From: Vicugna vicugna
Taxonomy: Eukaryota
DNA: 64,000 nucleotides
Direction of reading: 5' to 3'
NCBI GenBank assembly: GCA_013265495.1
Contig: MU058844.1
Span: 7,129,260 to 7,193,259, forward strand
Shown here: in pieces, positions 1-11,933 of the stretch
Layout of the letters: each line of letters begins with the position of its first letter
Position numbering within the stretch: position 1 is the first letter of the stretch
Made by a program: the position numbers and the translations under genes
Notes under the pieces: model-generated
The model's input: only the letters and a program-made list of their open reading frames with translations
The model's database searches: none
Told to the model about the DNA's origin: nothing

Positions 1-2239
1 TTGTTTGGCTTTTGCTATTTCCCTATGTTCTTGGTAACTTGGAAATGCATTTAAAATAAAAAATTCATATCATATAAAATACAGGATGTAAGAATTTTTA
101 GCTGCTTAATGTGAATGTCATCCAGGGTATTCATCCAATCTGCAGTATTTTAAAAAATAGAAAATTTTCTTAATTTTATACCTATGTTTATGCCAAATAT
201 GACAGGAGATGCTTATTAGAGGACATACATTAGAATAAATGTAAAATATGCATAAACATAACCAATATCAAAGAAAAAATACATAAAATATTAATTATAC
301 TCTCTAGCCTACTGGAAATTGTGGGGAAAAAAGAGTCACATAGAATGATTTTCAACAGCATGAGCTAAAAATAAATCCCATATTGTTTTTTTTCCAAAGT
401 TTTGAAGAAATACTTCATTCAATCTTCATCTTTGTAACTGCTGACATTTTCCCCTCCTTTTTGTACATCTATAGATTATTTCTTCAACTTGAATGCAATT
501 GACAAGACAGAGTACTTGCGAGGTCTTTTTCTTGTGCTGGCCTTTCTTATCTGCTTGACAGGTCATAGTGTCACATGAATAATTAAATATAAGAAACTGG
601 GGCAAACTTAGTCTGCTTTTAAGGTTTTCTTTTTTCTTTCTCTCTTTTTTCTTCCTTTCTTCTTTAATCTTTTGAATTTAAACAAAGGACCATTCCTTTG
701 GAGATTTCACCACAATATATACATGAATTGCAGAGGGGAGAAGCATATCCTAAGATGTAAAAATAAATGATTTTACTACAAGTAATTCATCAGATACAGA
801 TACAATTTTAGCAATCAGTATCTATTTGGACAAAACATGTCCTTTGAACTTAAGATGACACTGTTTATTCCAGTAAAAAGATAGTCATACTATAGCAAAA
901 CACATCTGCTATTATTGTGTTATTTTTGGCAACAGTGAATATTGAGAAAGAAGATAGTTCTGCAGTTCTTTGGTAGGTAAAATTATTTAGCTTTTCCTCT
1001 GAGAGTGTAAGTTCCATGACATGCTGAATATTTTGCAATAGATCTGTGTGCTGATTAAGACATAGTGAGGTTTTTCTTAAGTATTTGATTTGAAATATAA
1101 ATTGATTTGACAGAATCTGTTACTTTGTGCATTTCTTTCCAAGCAATATGCACATGTGGTTATATCTTTTTCCCTTTCTCCTAAGGTTGCCTTTGACCAC
1201 CACCACTGAAATATTTACATAGAGAAAATCCTCTGTTGGTGAATACATTTCCCCCCTGTGGTTTTCCAGTGTATTCAGTTTTGGTATGCTAGGGAGAAAG
1301 AGAGGATATGAGAATTAATGATAAAGTAGAACAAGTTTTCTTCTTCTTCCTCCTTTTTTTCCTTCTAAAATCAATGTGCTTGCACTTAGACACAATTGCA
1401 CCACAGAAAATTTTACTGGCGTTTTGCTATATAGTAGGCTGACAATCCTTTATAATCAATAAAAAGTAGTCACTTTGTCCCCCTGGTAACTTAAACTCTT
1501 TAAAACTGATTGCAACAGTGAGACCAAAACCTGAAATAATTTTATAATAACATGAAGATGTAGATTACATCACTTTCACTATTAAAGTTTGAGGTATCTA
1601 GTGCCTTAGTTTATAGTTTTTACACTACTCAAAGTGAATGAATTTTTCAAAGTGAAAATACATGCTATTTCGAGATAATGTTACCATGTCAAAACATGTC
1701 TCTAGCTATCTAAATGAAGAATCTTAATGTGACAGGGAACAAATTTTGCTATGGACTAATGATGTTATTATAAGGCAGACAAGAATTCATTACTTCATAC
1801 AATAGATGTGTTTTTGAAAACATCTGGTAAATATGGACATTTTAAAAGCTGAATTATTTAATGCTCTAAGGAGTTGCCATTTGAAAACAATCTGATATAA
1901 ATTTAAAGAGAATGTGGTATAAATCTCATTTATAAGAAAATAATCAGTACTCTTGTACATTACATTTTTTTTAACAGTGAATCTCTCCTTATGGAGATTT
2001 AGGTTCAAAATAAACAATTAATGTAACACTTTAACAATTTCTAAACTTATACTAGGGCTTTCATTTGTGGTATTATGAGATTTGTATTATAAAATAAACA
2101 GAATTGGTGTGTTTTATTTAGGAATTTTGTTCTCCTTTGTGCTTGCTAATGAGTAACTTGATCAATTGTTTAAGATATCGACACACACTGAAAGATCTGA
2201 AAGATTTCTGAGGCCCCCACCCCTCCTCAAGGCACAAAG

Positions 2240-2770
2240 AACAGAAATAGCACTTACCTTAGCCTAAATTTTTCTTGAAGAAAATCTTGGGAAAATATGG
2301 GCTAAGAGAGCAAAAGTGCAAGACATGGGGTGTGGAAATGAAAAGATGAAAAAGCCAACACAAGGATAATATATGGGCTGGACCACTGCTCAGGCAACTG
2401 GTGTTTTATCTCATGAGGATCTTGTTAGAGGCCTTATACAAGACATCTCACAAATGTCTACCTGATGGAACAAAATGAGGATGTATTCATCCATTTGTTT
2501 CCATAACTAATTGGTCAAAAGTGACTCCATGGTGTTTGATTACTGCACATTTCTGATTTGAATATATGTAAATGATGGGCAAATTCTCTTGTGTGTCCCT
2601 GCCACAGTTTCAGGGAAACACTGGGGCAGGAAGCACCTCTTGCTCGAGGTGAGGTACTATCAAATTACTTCTGCTTGAAACTGGTCAAAATCTTCTTTAA
2701 GCTGTTACTGTAGCAGTGGCTGGAGTGTAAGATGGAACAAGAAGATTTTAAAGTTCTTGTAAGAGTTGTA
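2240..2770 (-). mobile_element. ERVL-class solo LTR remnant (LTR16-like)
   Basis: Segments such as aaagccaacacaagg, ccactgctcaggcaactgg and tattcatcc...taattggtcaaaagtgactcc resemble the antisense LTR16 consensus as I recall it. Highly diverged; ends approximate. Confidence 0.55.
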
Positions 2771-3029
2771 CAAAAGAAACCTCTGATGTTCTTCTTAGAT
2801 TTCAATTTGATTTTGCTGTGCAAAAGACAACCAAGATAGACTGTACAAAATCAGGCATAAACATGCATCTTTTCAGTTAAACCTGAATGTTCCTCAACTA
2901 CCCTCCCACCACTTCCATAATTCCTTCCAGTGCTGACATCTTGTGGCATACTAGAACTAAATTTACTTGATGTTGTTATTGCAAATACATTTTCATATTT
3001 TGCAAATGTTTTTTAAATTAGACATCTAA

Positions 3030-3402
3030 AAAAAATTCACATGTGATGTCATTCATATGTGGAATCTAAAAAAAAAAAGAGGGAAAAAAGGACACGGTGA
3101 ACTCATCTACAAAACAGAAATAGACTCACAGACATAGTAGCAATCTTATGGTTACTGGGAAAAGGGGGTGGGAAGGGATGAATTTGGGAGTTTGAGATTT
3201 GCAAATGTTAGCCACTATATATAAAAATAGATTTAAAAAAAAACAAGTTTCTTCTGTGTAGCACATGGAATTATATTCAATATGTTATAATAACCTTTAC
3301 TGAAAATGAAAATGAATATATATATGTATATGCATGACTGGGACGTTGTGCTATATACCGGAAATTGACACATTGTAACTGACTGTACTTCAATTAAAAA
3401 AA
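3030..3402 (+). mobile_element. 5'-truncated LINE-1 3' end (camelid/cetartiodactyl type)
   Basis: atatgtggaatctaaaaa...gaactcatctacaaaacagaaatagactcacagacatag...gaaattgacacattgtaactgactgtacttcaattaaaaaa is a typical artiodactyl L1 3'UTR ending in an A tract. Confidence 0.9.
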
Positions 3403-3674
3403 TATCCTGACTCATTTAAATGTAATTATAGCAAGGAAGATTTTGTGTGTTTGTTTTTAACAAAGGAACCTATTTTCTCTATTTGGCATTTAAATTAATA
3501 TTATATATATTAAAATTGCAAACTTTAAAAACAAATTTGTCCAATTCTTTCTATCTCAAATTTTAAACAAAGATTTATCATGATAGGTGGAGTTGGTCTT
3601 CTGTTTCTTATGAAATTAAATATAGTTGAGCTGGGAAATTTACATTAAAATTTATACCACTTAAAAACATAGTT

Positions 3675-3812
3675 AAAAAGAATCTGAAAATAATATATAT
3701 TATATATATAATATAACTGTAAATGTTTATATACATATACTGTACACCTGAAACATTGTAAATCAACTATACTTCAATTAAAAAATAAAAATGTAAAAAA
3801 AAGCAAATAAAA
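3675..3812 (+). mobile_element. Very short LINE-1 3' terminal fragment
   Basis: aaaagaatctgaaaa...ctgtacacctgaaacattgtaaatcaactatacttcaattaaaaaataaaaa followed by an A-rich tail. Possible degenerate TSD aaaacatag/aaaacattg. Confidence 0.8.
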
Positions 3813-5079
3813 CATTGCCATTTAAGGGACTTTGGAAATACTAGCTCCCTATGTAATTCTCTTGTACTTTTGGATCTGATAGTTCTAATTCTTTGTTTGA
3901 CATTCTTTAAAATTAAGTGATACTTCTTTCATTAATCTCGAGGTTCTCTTTGAGGTTTTTTTTTATTGATCTTGGACACCCACTGAGTATTAAAATCCTT
4001 CTTGAATGTTTTAGCATCATCACCTCAAATATTTTGAAGGGCAGCCCCATTACCAAGCATGGAATCAGGAAGCCTGAAGATCTGAAATAAGATTCCTATA
4101 CCTGTGAGTCATAGGACTAAAATGGTGATATGAGAATAATTATTATAAATAGACTTCTCCCATTTAGCTATTTGGAAGTTGTGTACATAGTTTTTAAATG
4201 GCAGAATCCATTGGCTAGACGTGAGGTTGACTCTCTGAAAACTCCCTGTTTGACTGGCTTTGTGACAATTTATTGAACCGTTAAGTCCTGATCATTCAGA
4301 AGTTAGTGGAAATTACTCTTACCTTTCTAAGTAAATTTCAGCTAAGAATTCTTAAAATATCTCTTTCCTTGGTATTATTAAGAAGAGTTTTAAGACCATA
4401 ATTTTAAAAATACATTTTAAATCTCATTTTCTCCTGTATTATAAAATTATATATAGCTGAGATGAAAATTGACACCCTTAATGATTTTCTGTTCCAATTC
4501 TGTAATACATACTCAAATGAGTGTAGCAGATTGCGATTCTTCTTTTTTTCATACTTTCCCCAAGACTTAAGTATTTATAACATGTAAAGAATGTATGCTT
4601 CTTTCAAAAGCATTTTCTGAAATTCCAAGGCAATAAAGAGGTTATGAGAAGAAATGTGAACCAAATACAAGCTTCCAAGCAGGAAAGTTATGCCATTTTT
4701 AGGAGCATAGACTTATCACCTGATTAGTTTGAAGTGTCGTATATGGAGACAACAGCATTTCACATTCTCCCAAGCTGTAGATTTCCCACATGATGATGTT
4801 ATCATAGCAGTTATAAAATACCTTTCATTTATAATACTTTATAATTACAAATTACTTTCCCTTTCTCACTGCCTTTAAGGACCACAAAACAAATGTAAGA
4901 TTATTATTATCTACATTGTACAGAAAAAAAACTGTCTTAAGATTATAAAATGAATTGATGAGTCATGTAGCTAGCAAGTCATATATAGGAACATTCTTTC
5001 TTACATGATTAAAATAAGTAAGCATGAAAACAAAATTGATAGGTATCACCATCTTAATTATTGATTAATAGTAATAATT

Positions 5080-5670
5080 CATGGAATTATTAGCAAGGAA
5101 CTAGGTCTTATTAAAGAGTTGATTCCAGGGTTGGCACTGGGAAAGTAAAAGATGGTTGAATCATCTTGTGGTACAAAACCATACGGAAATATTCAAAAAA
5201 AAGAAAAAAGAATTAGGGCATGCAAAAATGGCAAAAAAGCCAACCTGAAAGAGTTGGAACAATTTGAACAACAAAATAAAATAAGTAATAAGTTATACGT
5301 GTCCAATACTGTTATAAATAAATAATTGAATAAATAAATGGATTCTCCTCTACAGAATAATTCTAATTAATAATGTAGAAGAAATGAAAAACTTAAAACA
5401 TCACCATTAGAACACCATGATGAGCATTATTTTAGGTGAGATCCACTGATGGATAGTAAAATCAGCAATGTTTTTGAGAGAAACAGGAGAGCACTTACAT
5501 AATCTCAAAGAATCTCTCCTAAGATATGTATTAATTACAAAGGAAAACATAGTGACTTTAAAGTGGAGAAAAAGCAGATACCACCTTAACCACAAAGTTG
5601 ATGTTAACAGCAGCAATAGTAAAACAAATAGATATCACAGATTCCCTAATATGATACCCTGAAAAGGTAG
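5080..5670 (+). mobile_element. Ancient L1MC/L1MD-type 3'UTR fragment
   Basis: Motifs aagccaacctgaaagag, tcaccattagaacacca and attaattacaaaggaaaacatagtgactttaaagtggagaaa...ccaccttaacca are characteristic of old L1MC 3'UTRs. Confidence 0.7.
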
Positions 5671-5729
5671 TGTCATTTGCATTTGTCTGAGTTTGGTTTT
5701 TTTTTTTTTTGATTTCGTTTTTGTTTTTG

Positions 5730-6280
5730 TTTTATTTTTCATGATGAGACTGGGGATGTGGGGTGTCAGAGAGGAAGCTCACAGAGGAAAAGTATGTTTT
5801 CATCACCTCTCATTAAGAACAACCTATCAATATGATTTATGACTACTGATGTTGAACTTGTTTATCTGGGTGAGGCAGTGGCTGGCAGGTTTCTCCATTG
5901 CAGTTTCAACTTTTCTCCCTTCCATGCTGTGGTTTTTGGAAGGTAGTCACAATGAACAGCACACACCAGAGGAGTAGAAAGTGATGCTTCACCACCTTGA
6001 GGATGGAGTAACTTCATACTTTATTTGAAATTCTGCATCGGAGATTTGTCTTTTCCCCCAACTTTTTCGACTCATTTATTAATATATTGATTTAAAACAC
6101 TATGGACTCATGGCTATTTATTGTATACTTTGGATTATAATCCAATACTATTTCATTTATTGTGTTACTAAAATTGTTCCAATTTAGAAGATTGAAGATT
6201 CTTTTATTTTTATCCCGTATTAATTTGACATACCTCCATCACTGTGAGTTTGGATTTTGTTTTGTTTATTGAGCATGTTT
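5730..6280 (-). mobile_element. Ancient L1MD/L1MC-type 3'UTR fragment
   Basis: catgatgagactgggg...caggtttctccattgc...ttttggaaggtagtcac...ttatttgaaattctgc...ggattataatccaatac is antisense old L1 3'UTR sequence. Confidence 0.75.
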
Positions 6281-6299
6281 GTATTCTTTTTAATCTACA

Positions 6300-6810
6300 T
6301 TATGAAATATGTGTGCAGAGAGTTGTTCATATTGTTCTTTTATTATCCTTTTAATGTCCATTGGATTAGTAGTGATTGGTTCCTCTTTCATTTTTGATGT
6401 TAGTAATTTGTGTCTTCTCTCCTTTTTCTTAGTTAACCTGGCTAGAGATTCTTTTATTAATCTTTTTTTAAAGAATCAACTTTTGTTTTCATTGATGTTC
6501 TTTTTTTCCCCCATTTTAAGTTTCATTGATTGCTGGCTTAATATGTATTATTTATTTTCTTCTGCTTGTATTAGGCTTAAATTGCTCTTCTTTCTCTAGG
6601 TTCCTAAAGCTCAAGCTTAGGTTTTTCATTTTAGATCGTCTTTCTTTTTTAATATATGCACTTAATATTCTAAATTTATCTCTAAGCCCTGTTTTAACTG
6701 CATCCCACAGTTTTTGATTAGTTGTATTTCCATTTTTATTTGGTTCAAAATATTTTTTAATCTTGAGATTTTTTTCATTTACATTTCATTAAGTGGTGTG
6801 TTATTTAATA
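6300..6810 (-). mobile_element. Decayed L1M ORF2 fragment (region after the endonuclease domain)
   Basis: T-rich antisense L1 signature: gtaatttgtgtcttctctcctttttcttagttaacctggctagag...aaagaatcaacttttg...tttaactgcatcccacagtttttga. Confidence 0.8.
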
Positions 6811-6819
6811 TTTGTTGTA

Positions 6820-7695
6820 AACACAGATGCCAGATGTTTCAATTTGCTCCAGTGTCCTTGACTGATGTTCTCCATTGATTATTATTAATATGAATGTTTT
6901 TATGAAGTGTCCTTACTATATTTGGATTACCGTTGGAATTCCTCTTTAGAAAGAAACTGTGTCTTGTAGCTCGAAATTTCAGCCATTACCCACAGTTGTT
7001 ATCCTTATGGTCTGTTGATGTGTAGATAAGGGAAGTGATCTACAATCTTATAATTAAATATTAGTCATTTAGTGGGCCTGTGTGCCTGGACTATGATCTT
7101 CACGAATATTTCTTAATCCTCCGTTTAGGTACATAGGAGGCCTACAGGTGCTGCAGTTGGCTAATTTCTCCTCTCTGTGTAAAGGTAAGTCTTGGGTAAT
7201 GTCTTTTTCCCTGTGAAGAAGGCTTTTGTTATGGAGAATGTTCTGGGTGTATTTCAGAATTACATTTCCCATACCCTTGCCATGAGCACAAGGGTATTTT
7301 TCTTGGTTCTTCATCATGAGAACTTGGTGGAGATCCTGGAGTTAAAACCTACAGAAAGAACCCTGATGCTGTGCCCAGCCCCCCAGGAGTTTCTCACTCT
7401 CATGCTCTCAAGAGCTCACTCTCACATTGAGCTTCCCATAATTCATCAAAACTGCCACTTACAGGTTCCTACAAGAATATAGTTTCGGCTGCTTCTGCTC
7501 AAAGTATTTGATGTCATCTGTGATTCTCAGTATTAGTATTTGCCTCTCCTTCAGTTTGGTGGTGTTAGTTTATGATAGTTTGTTATGAAACACCAATTCT
7601 TTCATTCTTTCATGGGTCCAAGAAAGCAACATTAATTATCAGCTTATTCAGCTTTTTTTTTTAACTTGTAAGGATAGAGTGATGACTACTCAAGT
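6820..7695 (-). mobile_element. Ancient L1M (L1MD/L1MC-like) 5' region
   Basis: tttagtgggcctgtg, ggcttttgttatggagaatgttctggg, gagaacttggtggagatcctggagttaaaacc, ccccaggagtttctcactctca and tgtaaggatagagtgatgact resemble antisense L1MDa/L1MCa 5' consensus sequences as recalled. Confidence 0.6.
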
Positions 7696-7789
7696 GAATT
7701 TTACTAATTTGTGTCTTTTCAGTTATTTGTTTACTTTTTATTTTGCATTATTTATTGTCCTAATCATATTTGTTATCACTTTAATGTTT

Positions 7790-8930
7790 GTTGGATACGC
7801 ATTGATATTCCTATTTTTTCAAGTTTTCATGTTATGTATCTTTTCTTCTTGTCATGCTACAGTCTTACCAAATTAGGTTTTGTTTCATTGGTGCTCTCTA
7901 TTTTTTGTCTATTTTCTATTTCCTTGACATTTGCACTTACATTTATTACTTGTTCTATCTGCTTAATTTGGGTTTTGCATGGTATTCTTTTATTCATTTT
8001 TGAAAGTGGGAGCTTAATTTTTTTATTTTAGGTCTCTCTTCCTTTCTTCCTTTTTTCTCTTTCTCTCCCTTCCTCCTTCCCTTTACTTTCTTTCTCTCCT
8101 TTTCTTTTTCTTTCTTTCTCTCTGATATAAACATTTAAAACCACAAACTTTCCTGTGAGCATTGTTTAGAAAACACCCTATGAATTTTGATAAATGTTAT
8201 ATGCATTATTCACCTTAAAATACTTTAAGTTTTCTTTGCCATTATTTGATCCATGAATTATTTAGAAGTAAATTGTTAATATCTAAAAGTTGACTTTTAC
8301 TTATAATCTTATTATTAGTGACTTCTAATTTAATTTCCTTGTGGTCAAAGAATATACTCTGTTTTTCAATTTATTGAGACTTGTTTCATGGTGTAATGTA
8401 TTGTCTAATTTGGCAATAGTACAGTTTCCACTACATGTTGTTGCATATAGTGTCATAAATGTGGTACTTTTTTATCCATGTTTTATTACTTAGTTGATTT
8501 TCATCTAGAAAATTTAAAAATTACTGACAGGAGGGTTTTAATGTCTCCAATTATGCTTAGGGATTGTCTGTTTCTAATTCTGTCCATTTTTGCTATGTGT
8601 TTTTAGATTCTGTGCTATTAGATACATCCATTTTTAAGATTTTATATTTTTCTGATTGACAATTTATTATTTATTTAATACTATGGCTTGAAATGTATTA
8701 TATCTGATAATGATAGGCCACTATGACCTACTTCTGCCTTTTGTACTGTCTGTATAGTAAATTTTTTCATAATCATTTATTTTTAGCCTGTGTATGTTTT
8801 TATATTTAAAGTGTGTCTCATTTAGTAAACACATATCTGGGTATTGGTGTTTTTGTAGTAGTTGTTTTAGCCTAGTCTGATAATTTCTGTTGCTTAATTT
8901 GTATATATAGTACATTAACCTTTTTTTAAT
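7790..8930 (-). mobile_element. Decayed L1ME-type ORF2 N-terminal (endonuclease) region
   Basis: ORF 8721..9071(-) contains PDMCLLNETHFKYKNIHRLKINDYEKIY, which matches the L1 ORF2p endonuclease motif (ICCLQETH...RLK..GW.KIY). The surrounding DNA is antisense L1, interrupted by a pyrimidine tract at about 8031-8122. Confidence 0.8.
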
Positions 8931-8953
8931 TTGGGGGGAGAAATTTCTTTCTT

Positions 8954-9060
8954 CTTTTTTAAACCACTTTCTTAAGATATGATTGGCATAAAAAAACTGC
9001 CTGTATTTAATGTATACAATTTGATGAGTTTGGAGATAAGCATATACTTGTGAAATTGCT
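8954..9060 (-). mobile_element. Short L1MA/L1MB-type 3' terminal fragment inserted in older L1
   Basis: ttttttaaaccactttcttaagatatgattggcat...tttaatgtatacaatttgatgagtttggagataagcatatacttgtgaaa is the antisense extreme 3' end of an L1M. Confidence 0.7.
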
Positions 9061-9912
9061 TTGAGTTGCATTATATTTCTCTGATGGTTATTGTTTCCTT
9101 TGTGTATTACCTGTGCTTAAACTTCATACTGTTTCACAAATGGAAGATGCTTGAGTGTCAGCTCAGCTCCTTTGCTTTTAGGTGAGCTACTCTGAGTCTG
9201 TTCTATGACTCAGAGGTCAGTGATAAATATAGGTAGTCAGGATTTGAGTGTCCTTTCTCTGGCTCTTTTGTTTCCGGGATTCCGCCACTGACTGTAGTGA
9301 TAGTTTTCCACCGACAGTTTGCTGGTTCCCCTGATCAGAAAGAGTTTTCAACCAGTGTTTTTGAACCAGTGCTGCTGCCGATAGTGGACTACCATGTGAG
9401 AAGCAGTTAGTCTCAGGCTAAATGGGGAACTAACCTCATACTTTTTGTCTTCTCTAGGCACAGATTCTCCAGTATTTGTCTGCTTCCGTTAGTATCTAGT
9501 CACTTCAGGTTATTTTCTAATAGGTCAAGGTTTTATAGTTGTTTCTGTAGTGAAAGTTCTCTAGTCAGGTCTTACTACAGAATAATGGGAAGTCAAAAGT
9601 TGAGAAATGCTTTACATGGTAGAAGTCATACAAAAGTTGTGTTTATTTACTAAAAACAAATATGATGAAGACAAGAGTGTAAACTGTTTAATTTTCAAGA
9701 GGAAATGAAAGACTATTTCATGTTAGAAGGTATTATTTAGTATATTGTTAATATTATTCATAATATGCTGAAATATGCTATTGTAGTTAGACATCGAACT
9801 GTACCCCCATTCCCTAAGGGACTAGCTTGTTTCCTAGAGTAGAATGATAGAAGCCATTTTATATTATACATTATGCTGAATGTAGAGAAAGAAAATCACC
9901 AAGGAATAATCA

Positions 9913-10004
9913 GATAGTGCTATCCAAGAACTTGAAATGCTTACATGATTTATAAAACGATAGTGCCATCCAAGAACTTGAAATGCTTACATGATTTATA
10001 AAAC
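9913..10004. repeat. Direct tandem duplication, 46 bp x2
   Basis: gatagtgc(t/c)atccaagaacttgaaatgcttacatgatttataaaac at 9913-9958 and 9959-10004, with one mismatch. Confidence 0.97.
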
Positions 10005-11879
10005 CTATTTGTAGAATTCTTTTTTTGTAACTACCATTTGCCGTGGGGGTGGGGGAACGCAGTTCTCATCAGAAAATAAATTGAATGTTTAAAACTTGAA
10101 ATAATTTGTTCAATATATCTACATGTCAGTAGTAAACAATTCTAGAAATGTCTAGTTAACAGTTTATATTGCTCAAATAGGCAAGTATTCTGTGATACTC
10201 AAAAAAGTCATTTCACATACACCATTTTGATCTTCACGACATCCATTCATTCTACTTTGGTTGACTTTCTATATATTATTTTGAAGGTTACCTATCGGTA
10301 AATAGGCATTACATAATTATATCTGTAGTGGGTATATAAAACCGTGAGAGAACATTTTTCAGACTTTCTGTAACTTAATTCAAATCAAAGATTTAGATGT
10401 CACAGATGGGATTCCAAAGACCCTTTATGCTATTTATAGTATCAGTTGTTATAACATGAATTCTTTGACCAATTTAAAAAAATTGTAGACTGTTATGGCT
10501 GAATTCCTTTTCTTCTAACATGTAAATATAAACTTAAAATCACAAAGCTCACTTCAGTGGGAAACCATAAAAGGGAGGAAAAGTCATAAGTTACGTTAAC
10601 TGTAGAACCTTTGTTAAAGAGATTTGTGGATTATTATTTTTAATGCAACAAACTGTGTCATATCTCTAGGAAATACGATTATATTTTAACCCTAAAATTA
10701 ATTTTGAAGTTTCAATAATGCAGTTAGCCAATTGTGATTTTTGTGACTTTGGCCCAAGAACATATTTATCTTCCTGAAGCCTGTGTTTCCAGGTTTTCAA
10801 ATATTTTCCAAACTCCTCATATTTGTTTGTAAGGTTTAGTTATGTATGTATGTTACATACACAGCACAGTGGATTTGTTAATAAGGCTTTTAATGTCTCT
10901 TATGTAGTTTTTGTGTAAATTAGAGCAATACTCAGTACTATGACTAATATACAAGGTTATTTTGAGAATCAACTGTGGTAAATGTAGGGGGAAGTATTTT
11001 GAAAACAAAACCACTACACAAATGTTTGTAATTATACGATTCTATAATCTTTTTCCTGAATTGGAATCACTGGCTTTTCCCTGGAGTTGTCTTCTCAGTA
11101 CCCATGAGACTCATCAGAACCAGTTCTCATTATTCCATTTCTCACAGTGGGCAGTCCCTCCATCAGTCGAAGTTCCATCACTAGCCTTAGGTTTAAGAGC
11201 TTGAGTTGCTGTTTCTCAGCAAGTATTTCAGTCTATATTTATATTTCACTCTGTCACTGTTCTCTGATAAAACAATGTATTCTATGCAACTATTCAATTT
11301 CACCCTGAAGAAAGACCAAAATTTAATTTAATCATATCACAGAGCTCCTTTCTGAGGTTACCATTACCACCTGAAAGTAATCTTTTGCTTATCTAGGGAG
11401 CTTGTTATATACCACAGTCCTCTTTTAATTAAAAATACATACTTTACAATGTTTAGGCTACATTTTAAACTATGTTTTAACAAGCAAGGGACTATTACAG
11501 CTTAAGTAAGATGTACTGTCTTGCTAGTGAATATAGATTATTTTATTTTCTCTGAGTATTCGGTTTCAATTTTATTTGGGGTATGTGCATTTAATGTATA
11601 CATGAGTATTGTAATGTGAGTAAAATGTACTCAAGCGGGAAGGATTATTTTGTTTATTAGTAAACTCTAGTGACAAACATCTCTCTTTGATAACTAGAAT
11701 ATAACTGTATTCTTAATAAAAGTATTAAAATTAGCATTTATTTTCAAAGTAATACAAAGCCACCATTTGAGTATATTTTGAGTTTAAGAAGATTGTCTTT
11801 TTCATTTCCTTGTGACTTCTCTTCTGAAGCTTCCCACTTTTACTCTTAGAAAAAAAATCATTCCCTCAAAGCATCTAGT

Positions 11880-11933
11880 AAAAACAAAACAAAACAAAAC
11901 AAAAAAGCCAAAAACCAACCAACCAACCAAAAA
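11880..11933. repeat. Compound (CAAAA)n/(CCAA)n A-rich simple repeat
   Basis: aaaacaaaacaaaacaaaacaaaaaagccaaaaaccaaccaaccaaccaaaaaa. Confidence 0.9.

Noticed and set aside
9913..10004. CRISPR-like or array system from the direct repeats (also 37455, 55411, 17755)
   Set aside because: Each has only 2-2.5 copies with no unique spacers, the repeats are unrelated to each other, there are no associated genes, and the context is mammalian.
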